64,000 bases of DNA, from contig OZ024766.1 in assembly GCA_964016885.1 (NCBI GenBank), forward strand, positions 21,700,001-21,764,000. The letters are read 5' to 3'. This DNA comes from Eledone cirrhosa. Taxonomy: Eukaryota. The translations under genes were made by a program, and so were the position numbers. How positions within the stretch are numbered: position 1 is the stretch's first letter; each line of letters opens with the position of its first letter. The notes under the pieces were generated by a model. The model worked only from the letters and a program-made list of their open reading frames with translations. It was not told where the DNA came from and made no database searches. Shown one piece after another: positions 11,719-24,967 of this stretch.

Positions 11719-13155
11719 TTCTTTATTAGCCACAGGGGCACAAAAGAAGGGGACAAATACAAAGGGGGAAGTTTACATACAATAAAAACGTGTAAAATGT
11801 TATCACAAATGCAATTAAAAAAGTTAGTCGATTTTCCCCAATAGGGGGAGACAGTTCATATGGGTAACACATACCCCCGAAAAAAATGTGCAACCCTCAT
11901 CTCCAGGAGTACGAAGAGCTTGTACTCCTTTCCTCTCCTCTTTTTCCTCAACCTACAGGCTGATATAGAGAGAAGGCCCATTCACACGGGCCATTCTCGC
12001 CACTTTCACCCATCTTTCATAAAACTTTCTGGGGTACAGGTACAGCACCTCTCTCTCCATCCTGACTCTTCTTCCAAAGTGGTATTTGAAAAAAAGGAAT
12101 CAGTTGTTGGCCGGAGAGAAAGATAGATAGATAGATAGATATGTTTCTATATTAGCCACAGGGGCACAAAAGAAGGGGACAAATACAAAGGGGGAAGTTT
12201 ACATACAATAAAAACGTGTAAAATATTATCACAAATGCAATTTAAAAATTAATCGATTTTCTCCAATAGGGGGAGACAGTTCATATGGGTAACACATACC
12301 CCCGAAAAAAAAGTGCAACCCTCATCTCCAGGAGTACGAAGAGTTTGTACCCCTTTATTCTCTTCCTCAACCTACAGGCTGATAGATAGATAGATGGACA
12401 GACAGATAGATAACTTTCTATTTATTTGCTACCAGGGCATCAAAGATTGGGACAAATACAAGAGGGGGGAGTTTACATACATTTCAAGGGACGTGTAAAA
12501 ACATATAACAAATCAAATTCAACAATCGAAGTCCTCAATATGGAGGGGGCGTTGACGTGGGTCGCACACACCCCCGAAAAAAATGTGCAACCCTCCTCCC
12601 CAGGAGCATAAAGAGCGGGTCCTCCTTCCAGAGAGGCAGACAGATAGATAAATATATATTTTTTATATAGCCACAAGGACGCACAAGAAAAGGGGACAAT
12701 ACAAAGACACATGCCGGGGATTTTACATATAGTCGTGTAAAATATATAAAACAAACAATTACAACAATCGAAATCCCCAATAGGGGGTAGGGAGGCCCCA
12801 CAAATGTGTTGTTTAATACCCCGTAGATAGAACAACCCTCAACTTCAGGAGCGTGTTGTGCAAGTGCCCCTTTGATGAGTTGTAGTGCACCTGAGCACTG
12901 TACACAATAATTTCATTATTATAGATAAATAGACGAATAGAGAGTTGTGCAAGTGGCCCTTTCTTCCTTTTGCCCTCTTCTTTAACCTACAGGCTTATAT
13001 ACAGAGAAGGCCCAATCACTCGGGCCATTCTCGCCACATTCATCCACCTTTCAGTAAATTTACTGGGGTCCAGTGTCTCTGATTCTCCTTCTAAAGTGGT
13101 ACCTAAAGAAGGGAATGGGTCGTTGTCCGGAGAGAAAGGCATCTGTCGTTAGTCT
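11719..13155 (-). mobile_element. Cluster of 3'-end fragments of an L1/Tx1-like LINE, separated by (GATA)n
   Basis: Reverse complement of the + strand copy at 32922-33470; several truncated copies starting at ~11719, 12143, 12415, 12660 and 12945. Confidence 0.65.
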
Positions 13156-13991
13156 TTTCAATCTCGTCAGATAGACAGAGACAGAGACAGACAGACAGAC
13201 AAGACAATCAGAGAGAAAGAGGGGTAGAGGAAAACAAATGTTAGGATGGTCGTGGTGGTGTTAGCGATGGTGGTGGTGGTGATGATGATGGTGATGGTGG
13301 TGGTGGTGGTGATAATGATGGTGGTGGTGGTGATAATGATGGTGGTGGTGGTGATGGTGATAGTGGTGGTGGTGATGATGGTAGTGGTGATGATAGTGGT
13401 GGTGGTGATGATAGTGGTGGTGGTGGTAGAGAAAAACAAATGTTAGGATGGTCGTGGTGGTGGTAGTGATGGCGATGGTCGTGATGGTGGTGGTGGTGGT
13501 GATGGTGATAATGATGGCGGTGGTGATGGTGATGATGGTGGTGGTGATGGTGATGATGGTGGTGGTGATGGTGATGATAGTGGTGGTGGTAGTGGTGATA
13601 GTGATGGTGGTGGTGATGGTGATGATGGTGATAATGATGGTGGTGATAATGATGATGATGATGAAGGAGAGAGAGTAAGAGAGAAAGAAAGAAAGAAAGA
13701 AGAAAACAAGCCGAACAGAGTTACCTGCCCCTGACAGCCCCCCCCCCTCATCCGCACTTAACGATGTGTTTCCACTGACAAGAAAAACCCAGAGACCCTC
13801 TCTCACAAATAGCTCGCACAGACACCTTAAACGTGCAGTAGGCGCGCAACCGGCTTGCTTCCATCCACGACCACCCCTGCAGCTGTCGATAGGAGCCGAA
13901 AAGATAGGAAAATAGCCGAGGATTACCGGAGTTTTTTGTAGATTATCTTGTGAGGTTTCGGTGGATTTTAAAGTGAAGCTTTCCCTCCCTA

Positions 13992-14110
13992 ATGGCTTAC
14001 CAAGAAGTTGTCGTCTCTCGCCCTTCAAGTTTGGGTTCCCTCGGACAGAAGGGCCCCATGATGATCTTGGCTGGAAATTCTCATCCGGCCTTGGCCCAGC
14101 TTATTGCAGA
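13992..14110 (+). CDS. PRPSAP2: PRPSAP coding exon 1 ([40 protein letters not shown])
   Basis: [15 protein letters not shown] matches the PRPS-family N-terminus; in-frame TGA at 13974 upstream; GA|gtgagt donor, phase 2. ATG 14058 is an alternative start. Symbol denotes a PRPSAP1/2 co-orthologue. Confidence 0.85.
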
Positions 14111-14242
14111 GTGAGTATATATGTGTGTATATGTATGTGTGTATAGATATATATGTATAGATATATATATATATGTATGTGTATGTGTGTGATATAGATA
14201 CACGCGTGTGTGTATGAAATATATATATGTATGTGTATGTGT

Positions 14243-14286
<44 letters not shown>

Positions 14287-14448
14287 ATGAAATATATATA
14301 TATATATGTGTGTGTGTTTGTATATATATATGTATATGTATATGTGTGTGTTTGTATATATATATATGTATGTGTGTGATATATATGTGTGTGTGTATGA
14401 AATATATATATGTATGTGTGTTTATATATATATATATGTATGTGTGTT

Positions 14449-14483
<35 letters not shown>

Positions 14484-14661
14484 TTATATATATATATATG
14501 TATATATATGTATGTATGTATATATGTGTGTATAGATATATATATATATATGTATATATATGTATGTATGTATATATGTGTGTATAGATATATATATATA
14601 TATGTATATATATGTGTGTATAGATGTATAGATGCACGTGTGTTTGTATGAAATATAGATG

Positions 14662-14700
<39 letters not shown>

Positions 14701-14941
14701 ATGTATGAAATATATATATATATGTGTGTGTGTGTTTGTATATATATATATATATTTGTATTTGTATATGTATGTATATGTGTATGAAATATAGATGTAT
14801 ATATGTGTGTGTATATAGATGCACGCGCGTGTGTATGAAATATAGATGTATGTATATGTGTGTGTATATATATATATATGTGTGTGTATATATATATATA
14901 TGTGTGTGTGTATCATATATATATATATATGTGTGTGTGTT

Positions 14942-14980
<39 letters not shown>

Positions 14981-15030
14981 ATGTGTGTGTTTATATATAT
15001 AGATGCACGCGTGTTTGTATGAAATATATA

Positions 15031-15071
<41 letters not shown>

Positions 15072-15808
15072 ATGAAATATATATATATATATGTGTGTGT
15101 GTTTGTATATATATATATATGTATAGATATATATATATGTATGTATATGTGTGTATGTGATATAGATGTATAGATGCACACGCGTGTGTTTGTTTGCATA
15201 TATATATTTATATGTGTGTGTATATATATATGTATGTATATAGATGCACGCGTGTGTGTATGAAATATAGATGTATGTATATGTATATATATATATGTGT
15301 GTGTATATATATGTATATATATATATATATGTATATATGTGTATGTGATATAGATGTGTAGATGCACGTGTGTGTATGAAATATATATATATATATATAT
15401 GAGTGTGTTTGTATATATATGTATATGTGTGTATGAAATATAGATGTATGTATATGCATATATGTATATATATATATATGTGTGTGTATATATATGTATA
15501 TGTATGTATATGTGATATAGATGTATAGATGCACTCGTGTGTGTATGAAATATAGATGTATGTATATATATATATATATATACACATATATATTACATAC
15601 ACATGTGTATATAATATGCTCACGTTTGGACTTACATAACACCATGTATAAGCACTCAATACCGAACCATATATATATACATATATATATATATACATAT
15701 ATATATATATGTATGTTTATATATATATATATATGTATGTATATATGGCTTGTGTATGTATACATACATACATATAGATATATGTATGTATGTATATAAA
15801 TCCTCACG

Positions 15809-15842
<34 letters not shown>

Positions 15843-16169
15843 GCGTGTGTATGTATTTATATATATAGGCTATATACACCCTCACGTGTATATATGTATA
15901 TATATACATATACACGTGCTGCGCGTGGGTGAAAATAAAATGTATTACGCACATATGAATAAAAATATTAAATGACCCTTATATATATATATGTATATAT
16001 ACATATATATATTTGTATGTGTATATATATATATGTGTGTGGAAATATATGTGTATGTATATATATATATGTGTGTATGTATATATATATATGTGTGTAT
16101 ATATATATATGTGTGTGTGTGTGTTTACATACGTGTGTGTATATATATATATATATATACACGTGTGTA

Positions 16170-16200
<31 letters not shown>

Positions 16201-16557
16201 GTATATATATATGTGTGTGTGTCTGTATATGTATATATGTGTGTGTATGTGTATATACATATATAGATAGATGTGAATGTTTATGTATGCGTAGGTGTAT
16301 ATATATATGTGTATATATAAATGTATATGTGTATATATATATGTGTATGTTTATATGTATGTTTATGTGTATATATATATAAATGTATGTATGTTTGTGT
16401 ACGTGTGAATGTGTATATATGTATATGTGTGTGTGTATAGCTACTTATATGTCTATATATATATATATATACATATATACACAAACATTTACTTAAAATC
16501 TTAACGAACTGAGCCATGCACTAAAACGAAAGTATATATACACACACACACACATAC

Positions 16558-16594
<37 letters not shown>

Positions 16595-16600
16595 ATTTAT
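14111..16600. repeat. (TA)n/(TG)n compound microsatellite in PRPSAP intron 1
   Basis: Direct inspection; source of the spurious YI-rich ORFs. Confidence 0.95.
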
Positions 16601-16934
16601 ATCATGTAATACCTGCTTAAAATGTCCTTAAAAAATCTACATGGTTAAGTAATTAATTGAGGCCGAAAACCAGGCAGGTGCCCTAAATTGTTATTTCGGC
16701 GGGAAATGAGGGAAATTTTGTCACTAATTTTAGCAATTTAAAAAGCCACGTGGTGGATCTCTCTCTCTGCTTCTATTGTGTGGTGTGTTTCTATAGTTTT
16801 TTTGTGTCAACTCCGGCTATTTTTAGTTCGGAATTTGGGCCAAACTTTGTTTATGGTCATGCATAATATTTTGGCTAATGACATAGATTTTGGCCATGAA
16901 TAGAAGAGGCCTTGATCCCGTTTCTTTGGCTGTG

Positions 16935-17832
16935 TTAGTATTAGTGGCTATCAGACATAGTGTATCTAGGACTACATTATCTAATGTACAGTACAGTAGT
17001 TAGTATTAGTGGCTATCAGACATAGTGTATCTAGGACTACACTATCTAATGTACAGTACAGTAGTTAGTATTAGTGGCTATCAGACATAGTGTATCTAGG
17101 ACTACATTATCTAATGTACAGTACAGTAGTTAGTATTAGTGGCTATCAGACATAGTGTATCTAGGACTACATTGTCTAATGTACAGTACAGTAGTTAGTA
17201 TTAGTATCTATCAGACATAGTGTATCTAGGACTACATTATCTAATGTACAGTACAGTAGTTAGTATTAGTGGCTATCAGACATAGTGTATCTAGGACTAC
17301 ATTATCTAATGTACAGTACAGTAGTTAGTATTAGTGGCTATCAGACATAGTGTATCTAGGACTACATTATCTAATGTACAGTACAGTAGTTAGTATTAGT
17401 GGCTATCAGACATAGTGTATCTAGGACTACACTATCTAATGTACAGTACAGTAGTTAGTATTAGTGGCTATCAGACATAGTGTATCTAGGTCTACATTAT
17501 CTAATGTACAGTACAGTAGTTAGTATTAGTGGCTATCAGACATAGTGTATCTAGGACTACATTATCTAATGTACAGTACAGTAGTTAGTATTAGTGGCTA
17601 TCAGACATAGTGTATCTAGGACTACATTATCTAATGTACAGTATAGTAGATAGTATTAGTGGCTATCAGACATAGTGAATCTAGGACTACATTATCTAAT
17701 GTACAGTACAGTAGTTAGTATAGTGGCTATCAGACATAGTGTATCTAGGACTATATTATCTAATGTACAGTACAGTAGTTAGTATTAGTGGCTATCAGAC
17801 ATAATGTATCTAGCACTACATTATCTAATGTA
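16935..17832. repeat. 65-bp minisatellite, ~14 copies, ending ~40 nt before PRPSAP exon 2
   Basis: ttagtggcta at 16941, 17006, 17071 and onward. Confidence 0.95.
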
Positions 17833-17873
17833 TATGGTTTGCTTTACCTATTTTTTTTCTTTTCTTTGCCTAG

Positions 17874-17926
17874 TCGTCTTGGTATCAAGCTGGGAGATAT
17901 GAGAGCTTACCACAAGACTGATAGAG
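17874..17926 (+). CDS. PRPSAP2: PRPSAP coding exon 2 (RLGIKLGDMRAYHKTDRE)
   Basis: Polypyrimidine-tag acceptor and G|gtaagt donor; aligns with RLGVEMGKVQVYQEPNRE of vertebrate PRPSAP. Confidence 0.92.
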
Positions 17927-18129
17927 GTAAGTCCTGGTGTATACAGTCACCGCATCATTTTTGCATTTTTATCATATATGTCTAAACAAACACATATATA
18001 TCTGCATTTATTTGTGTGTATATGTATACACACACACACTCTTATATATATATAAATATAAATACACATATCATCATCATTTAACATCTATTTTCCACTA
18101 TACATATATATACACACACACAAACGTAT

Positions 18130-19110
18130 ATATTATGCTTTGCCGTTCGTGTGTATTACTCTTACACATCCATCGGAGCATGCAAGCTTTATAAGTCTTC
18201 TACACACAATGCCCAGGTCTCACTACCATGTAACATTGCTGTTCGTATACACGCATCATACAGTCTGCCTTTCATTTTGAGGGAGAAGCCTTTTGCAGCT
18301 AGCAGTGACAGTAGCTCCCTAAACTTCTTCTATCCTGTTCTTACCCTAGTTATTGTACTTTCAGAACACCCACTTTTGTTGCTAATTCGGATACCTAGGT
18401 AGCAGAAGCTGTCTACTGTCTCTACAGAGCCCTCCCAGAGATTGGTGGTACTTGTTTCCTGTGGCTGTTTGCTGCTTGCTGTCCCAGCACAACTGCTACA
18501 TGTGAAGCCTACATTCTTAATTAAGCTTCCTGAGATCCCGCTACATCTCTTGTGTACCCATTGTTTGCATTTGGGGCAGAGGATGGAGTTCCTACATACT
18601 GAACAAGGCCATTTCCCTGAGGGGATCTGGGTTCTGTTTTCTCGTCTACTTACAAGAACCTTAGTCTTTGTCAGGTTGACTCTGAGGCCCCTTCTTTCTA
18701 GTCCCTGCTTCCATGTTTGGAATTTCTTCTTTAGTTCTACCATGGATTCAGCTATAAGTGTGAGATTATCCGCATACAGCAGTTCCCATAGGCATTTGGT
18801 CTTATTGCTGCAAAACTATGATGAACAGGAGAGGGCTAAGAACAGAGCCCTGGTGGACACCGACCTGTATGCTAAATTCCTCGCTATAGTCATTGCTGAC
18901 CCTAACTTTGCTGACTGCTCCCCTATACATGGCTTGTACAGCTTTCACAAGCCATTCATCTACTCCTAGTTTTCTAAGAGCCCACCAGATTATAGCACGG
19001 GGGACTCTGTCGAAGGCTTTTTCCAGATCGACGAAAGCCAGGTAGAGTGGCTTACTTTCAGCTAGGTACTTTTCCTGTAACTGCCTCACAAGGAAGAGGG
19101 CATCGGTTGG
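18130..19110 (-). mobile_element. Degraded RTE-clade LINE reverse transcriptase fragment with an internal Cys/His (PHD-like) module
   Basis: LQEKY...LYLAFVDLEKAFDRVPR, GVHQGSVLSPLLFIIVL, YADNL, GLRVNLTKTKVL, WPCSVC...CPKCKQWVHKRC...CSSC, VDSFCYLG. Confidence 0.9.
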
Positions 19111-19169
19111 AGTAGCTCTCTAAACTTGTTGTCCTTATTATAGCTAGAATACCCTCTCCAGTCTCTGTA

Positions 19170-19700
19170 TGTCTTCTGCAGTCACAGCCCATGTCTCACT
19201 ACCATGTAGCACCACATGTCCTCTGCAGTCACAGCCCATGTTTCACTACCATGTAGCACCACATGTCCTCTGCAGTCACAGCCCATGTTTCACTACCATG
19301 TAGCACCGCACGTCCTCTGCAATCACAGCCCATGTTTCACTACCATGTAGCACCGCATGTCCTCTGCAGTCACTGCCCATGTTTCACTACCATGCAGCAC
19401 CGCACGTCCTCTGCAGTCACAGCCCATGTTTCACTACCATGTAGCACCGCACGTCCTCTGCAGTCACTGCCCATGTTTCACTACCATGTAGCACCGCACG
19501 TCCTCTGCAATCACAGCCCATGTTTCACTACCATGTAGCACCACATGTCCTCTGCAGTCACTGCCCATGTTTCACTACCATGTAGCACCACATGTCCTCT
19601 GCAGTCACAGCCCATGTTTCACTACCATGCAGCACCGCACGTCCTCTGCAGTCACAGCCCATGTTTCACTACCATGCAGCACCGCACGTCCTCTGCAGTC
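19170..19700 (-). repeat. 47-bp-type minisatellite (~11 copies) derived from RTE ORF2
   Basis: Unit reads VLHGSETWAVTAED on minus (RTE LLYGSETW motif); flanked by RTE sequence (AWKKFREL). Confidence 0.85.
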
Positions 19701-19752
19701 TGGTAGCTCTCTAAACTTCTTCCATGCTAAATATCTGTTTGTCTTTTTACAG

Positions 19753-19819
19753 AAACCAATGTCCAGATCAAAGAATCTGTCAGGGGAAAAGATGTTTACA
19801 TCATACAGACAGCTACAAA
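19753..19819 (+). CDS. PRPSAP2: PRPSAP coding exon 3 (ETNVQIKESVRGKDVYIIQTATK)
   Basis: tttttacag acceptor and AA|gtaagt donor; ESVRGKDV(F/Y)IIQT signature. Confidence 0.96.
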
Positions 19820-20149
19820 GTAAGTGTGTGTGTATATATCAGAGGTCCTCAAACTTTTTGAGGTCCCCGGGGGGGTCCCCCTCAGGGTCACATAATATCT
19901 TCAGTGGTGAAGATTACAGTCAATGGGAGATAATCGAGTTTATTTGTGGGTTTTTTTTTTTTTTTAGCTGTTAGTATTAACTCAAGAGGTTTTTTTTTAA
20001 CCATGGGTCCCACTCACAGACACATAAAACCATCAGTGACCCCCCCCCCCCCCCGCCACCCTATTTCCTGACAAACCTGCCTACACTCAAATTGTAAATA
20101 ATATATAATAAATAAAAATCGTTAATTTATATATAATTGTTTCTACTTT

Positions 20150-20324
20150 AGGCACAAGGCCAGCAATAACCCAGTGTATTACTGGTACTTTATTTTATCG
20201 ACCCCGTAAGGATGAAAGGCAAAGTTAACCTCGGCGGGATTTGAACTCAGAATGGCAAGGGCCGTAACTCTACACGTCAAAGCATGGCGTCCGACCCTCT
20301 CCCAATACTGCCAATCCACCGCCC
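20150..20324 (-). mobile_element. tRNA-derived SINE (octopus-type family)
   Basis: Minus strand has A box tggcagtattgg, B box gagttcaaatcccg, and the conserved body and tail. Confidence 0.8.
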
Positions 20325-20514
20325 TACTTTGAATAAATAATTAATGAATATTACATAATTTATCCACTAAATTTCGTTATTCTTGATTAAATAGAAATAA
20401 TTTTGTTGCTTATTTAAAGATTCACTTCTTTAAAATTTTCAAATGTCGTCACTTCTGGTTAGCGATCGCTTAAATAAACAGTCATATATTCCCGTCACTA
20501 ATTTTCTCCTAATG

Positions 20515-21270
20515 CAGTTTATATATAATATCGTCTTATTTTAATGTATCATGGATTACTTTACTGATTACAGAAGACAGTGTAACGCAGACTTCATTAA
20601 GTTTCTGTGTATATAAAGTCAATTACGATTTTATTTGATGTATATATACCTGCGTATAATATCAATATACACACTACCCATGCTAGCAGTTTATATATAT
20701 ATCGTCTTATTTTAATGTATCATGGATTACTTTACTGATTACATAAGACAGTGTAACGCAGACTTCGTTAAGTTTCTGTGTATATAAAGTCAATTACGAT
20801 TTTATTTGATGTATATATACCTGCGTATAATATCAATATACACACTACCCATGCTAGCAGTTTATATATATATCGTCTTATTTTAATGTATCATGGATTA
20901 CTTTACTGATTACATAAGACAGTGTAATGCAGTCTTCGTTAAGTTTCTGTGTATATAAAGTCCATTACGATTTTATTTGATGTATATATACCTGCGTATA
21001 ATATCAATATACACTACACATGCTAGCAGTTTATATATAATATTGTCTTATTTTAATGTATCATGGATTACTTTACTGATTACAGAAGACAGTGTAACGC
21101 AGACTTCGTTAAATTTCTGTGTATATAAAGTCAATTAAGATTTTATTTGATATATTATAGCTATATATATATATGTGTATATATATATATATACCTGCGT
21201 ATAATAACAATATACACACTACACATGCTAGCAGTTTATATATAATATCGTCTTATTTTAATGTATCGTG
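20515..21270. repeat. ~171-bp tandem repeat x ~4
   Basis: tcgtcttattttaatg at 20531, 20702, 20873, ~21044 and ~21248. Confidence 0.9.
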
Positions 21271-21349
21271 TATTACTTATATACCTACTACCTACCTGTA
21301 ATTTACCTGTAATTTACCTGTAATTTACCTGTAATTTATCTACCTGCAG

Positions 21350-21522
21350 GGAAGTGAACAACGACATCTGGGAACTAATGATAATCTCCTACGCCTGCAA
21401 GACCAGCTGTGCTCGAAATATTGTCGGAGTGCTGCCTTACCTTCCTTATTCACAACAGAGTAAGATGAGGAAACGGGGATCCATAGCTTGTAAACTGCTG
21501 GCCACCATGTTGTCCAGGTCAG
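21350..21522 (+). CDS. PRPSAP2: PRPSAP coding exon 4 ([58 protein letters not shown])
   Basis: YACKTSCA and [14 protein letters not shown] are PRPSAP-specific; cag acceptor and G|gtatgg donor. Confidence 0.97.
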
Positions 21523-21544
21523 GTATGGACCATATATAGATATG

Positions 21545-21776
21545 TCATCATCATCATCATCATCATCATCGTTTTACGTCCGCTCTTCCCTGCTTGCAAG
21601 GGTGGGACGGGGTCTTATTCAGCACAGCACAGCATCTCTCCACTTGTCACGGTCCTTCGTCATCTCCACCGTGAGCTTCAGCTACCTGAGGTCTGCTCTC
21701 ACCACCTCCGCCCATGTTTTTCGTGGTCTACCTCTACCACGTCTTCCTTCAACTGGCATTTCCTGGCACTTCTTCA

Positions 21777-21821
<45 letters not shown>

Positions 21822-22196
21822 TCATAATCGTTTAATGTCCTTCTTCCACGCTAGCATGGGTTTAGACGGGAATTGTCCCACTTGAGGCAAGATTGGTCAG
21901 GTGACCGTGTCTCGCTCATATAGGACTGTCTGGCGGGTTTTCTACAGCTGGATGCCCTTATATATATATATATATATCATCATCATCATCATTTTACGTT
22001 CGCTCTTCCCTGCTTGCAAGGGTGGGACGGGGTCTTATTCAGCACAGCACAGCATCTCTCCACTTGTCACGGTCCTTCGTCATCTCCTCCGTGAGCTTCA
22101 GCTACCTGAGGTCTGCTCTCACCACCTCCGCCCATGTTTTTCGTGGTCTACCTCTACCACGTCTTCCTTCAACTGGCATTTCCTGGCACTTCTTCA

Positions 22197-22235
<39 letters not shown>

Positions 22236-22720
22236 TCATAATCGTTTAATGTCCTTCTTCCACGCTAGCATGGGTTTAGACGGGAATTGTCCCACTTGAG
22301 GCAAGATTGGTCAGGTGACCGTGTCTCGCTCATATAGGACTGTCTGGCAGGTTTTCTACAGTTGGATGCCCTTCCTAACACCAACCACATTTACAGTGTG
22401 GGGCTGGGAGGTTTTTACCGTGTTGCCTACACGGCCACATTACAGCGTGGACTGTCTGGCGGGTTTTCTACAGCTGGATGCCCTTATATATATATATATA
22501 TCATCATCATCATCATTTTACGTTCGCTCTTCCCTGCTTGCAAGGGTGGGACCGGGTCTTATTCAGCACAGCATCTCTCCACTTGTCACGGTCCTTCGTC
22601 ATCTCCACCGTGAGCTTCAGCGATCTGAGGTCTGTTCTCACCACCTCCGCCCATGTTTTTCGTGGTCTACCTCTACCACGTCTTCCTTCAACTGGCATTT
22701 CCTGGCACTTCTTCATATAT
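21545..22720 (-). mobile_element. Tandem triplication of an RTE LINE 3' end plus RTE-tail SINE fragment
   Basis: Minus strand KKCQEMPVEGRRGRGRPRKTWAEVV...DRDKWRDAV three times (~21582, 22001, 22525), each ending in a (GAT)n tail. Confidence 0.85.
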
Positions 22721-22744
22721 GTATATATATAAACTAATATGTAT

Positions 22745-23617
22745 GTGATGAAACACAGATACCAACACATCTGTATATATATTGCAAAAGAAAATTTAGC
22801 CAGATTGAAGTATACTAATTATTATACTACAGTTTGTCCATATCGATTTAAAATAAAGACGAACTGCATTGCCAAGAGGCTATGATGTTTAGACACATTT
22901 AAATTTCAAAATCAAACCTGTTCCGTAGATAAGTTTAAACTTCAAAATCCAAATATGTTTCGAGATAAATAAATGTAGGAATATCATGTCCTGCTCTCCT
23001 CAGTAAACATCCAGGGACAAATTGATATGCTTCACTTCTAAATAATTTAAAAGACTGCGTGACGCACATGGTTTAACAGTATCTAGCTAGTCTCATAACC
23101 GTACTGCTAGAAATAAGTCGTATATATGAGGCGGCTTTCAGCTCAGACTAGGAGCAGTTATACATATTAGTTTATACACGGTGATGAAACACAGATACCA
23201 ACACATCTGTATATATATTGCAAAAGAAAATTTAGCCAGATTGAAGTATACTAATTATTATACTACAGTTTGTCCATATCGATTTAAAATAAAGATGAAC
23301 TGCATTGCCAAGAGGCTATGATGTTTAGACACATTTAAATTTCAAAATCAAACCTGTTCCGTAGATAAGTTTAAACTTCAAAATCCAAATATGTTTCGAG
23401 ATAAATAAATGTAGGAATATCATGTCCTGCTCTCCTCAGTAAACATCCAGGAACAAATTGATATGCTTCACTTCTAAATAATTTAAAAGACTGCGTGACG
23501 CACATGGTTTAACAGTATCTAGCTAGTCTCATAACCGTACTGCTAGAAATAAGTCGTATATATGAGGCGGCTTTCAGCTCAGACTAGGAGCAGTTATACA
23601 TATTAGTTTATACACGG
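22745..23617. repeat. Near-perfect direct tandem duplication, ~437-bp unit x2
   Basis: gtgatgaaacacagatacc starts at 22745 and 23181. Confidence 0.9.
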
Positions 23618-23678
23618 CTCAGTGGGTATTTTCCTCCTTCGAGCTAATTCCATTGTAAAAGAATTCATTACCTTATTA

Positions 23679-23719
<41 letters not shown>

Positions 23720-23720
<1 letters not shown>

Positions 23721-24225
23721 TCATCATTGTTTAATGTCTATCTTCCACGCCAGCATGGGTTTAGACGGGAATTGTCCCACTTGAGGCAAGATTGGTCAGG
23801 TGACCGTGTCTCGCTCATATAGGACTATCTGGCAGGTTTTCTACGGCTGGATGCCCTTCCTAACACCAACCACTTTACAGTGTGTACTGGGAGCTTTTTG
23901 TCCTGACACCTACATGTCCACTTTACAGTGTGGGCTGGGTGCCTTTTTACCGTGGTACCTCCACGACCACTTTACAGTGAGTGCTGGGTGCTTTTTTTTC
24001 TGTGGCGCCTCCACGACCACTTTACAGTGTGGGCTGGGTGCCTTTTTACCGTGGTACTTCCACGACCACTTTACAGTGAGTGGTGGGTGCTTTTTTTTCT
24101 GTGGCGCCTCCACGACCACTTTACAGTGAGTGCTGGGTGCCTTTTACCGTGGTACCTCCACGTCCACTTTACAGTGAGTGCTGGGTGCTTTTTTGCCGTG
24201 GCACCTCCACGACCACTTTACAGTG
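23720..24225 (-). mobile_element. RTE-tailed SINE-like element with internal ~42-bp tandem repeats
   Basis: catgggtttagacggg...ctggatgcccttcctaacaccaacc followed by cctccacgaccactttacagtg units; same family at 62275-63258, 59317-59547 and 60972-61219. Confidence 0.7.
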
Positions 24226-24254
24226 GAATGATAGGGACCCCGGTCCCTATCATC

Positions 24255-24395
24255 TCATTTCTACAGCTGAGTAAACTGGAGCAATGTGAAATAAAGTGTC
24301 TTGCTCAAGGAAACAACACACCACCCGGTCTGAGAATTGAACTCACAACCTTTCGATTGCAAGGCCAATGCTCTAACCACTAAGTCAGGTGCCTC
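24255..24395 (-). mobile_element. tRNA-derived CORE-type SINE
   Basis: Minus strand has A box gacttagtggttagagc, B box gagttcaattc, and CORE-like tccttgagcaagacacttt...ctcagctgtagaaatg; head fragment also at 51882-51940. Confidence 0.75.
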
Positions 24396-24439
24396 CATAT
24401 ATATATATAGATATATCGCTACACTCTCTCTTCCGCCAG

Positions 24440-24555
24440 GTTTCACACACATCATCACCATGGATTTACACCAGAAAGAAATTCAAGGCTTCTTCAATGT
24501 CCCTGTAGACAACTTAAGAGCGTCACCATTCCTCATCCAGTATATCATAGAATCG
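24440..24555 (+). CDS. PRPSAP2: PRPSAP coding exon 5 ([39 protein letters not shown])
   Basis: [13 protein letters not shown]...DNLRASPFL signature; cag acceptor and gtgagt donor. Confidence 0.98.
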
Positions 24556-24664
24556 GTGAGTAACGACCCCACGGTGTGTGTATATACACGCACACACACA
24601 TACATACACACACACATACAGATATACACATACTCACATACTCACCCTACATATGCACACATAT

Positions 24665-24935
24665 TTTCCTTTCTACAAACTAGAACTTTAGTCTTAGACA
24701 AGTTAACTTTAAGGCCTTTTGATTCTAGGCCATGCTTCCATGTTTGGAACTTCCTCTCTAGTTCAGCCATAGATTCAGCTATGAGAGTTAAATCATCTGC
24801 ATATAGGATTTCCCATGGGCAGCCGGCCTTGAAACCTTTAGTGGCCAACAGCGGTATAAGCTCTCTGAACTTTTTCCATCCCGTTCTGACTCTGGTTACT
24901 GTACTTTCAGAGCACCCTCCACCACTGCTGATTTC
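24665..24935 (-). mobile_element. Rearranged RTE reverse transcriptase fragment
   Basis: [17 protein letters not shown]...[12 protein letters not shown]. Confidence 0.8.
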
Positions 24936-24967
24936 GATAAATCAAATCTTAGAGTAATAAACATACG

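Noticed and set aside
20580-20660. Minus-strand GAAACTT-aacg-AAGTC helix-III-like motif in the 171-bp repeat
   Set aside because: No CUGANGA at the required position
23120-23168. Possible decayed minus-strand hammerhead (gctc-ctagtct-gagc-tGAAA...TC), duplicated at ~23557-23605
   Set aside because: CUGANGA is absent and helix III is mismatched; at best a relic
24330-24395. tRNA gene (A and B boxes on minus strand)
   Set aside because: No complete cloverleaf; it continues into a CORE-like SINE body
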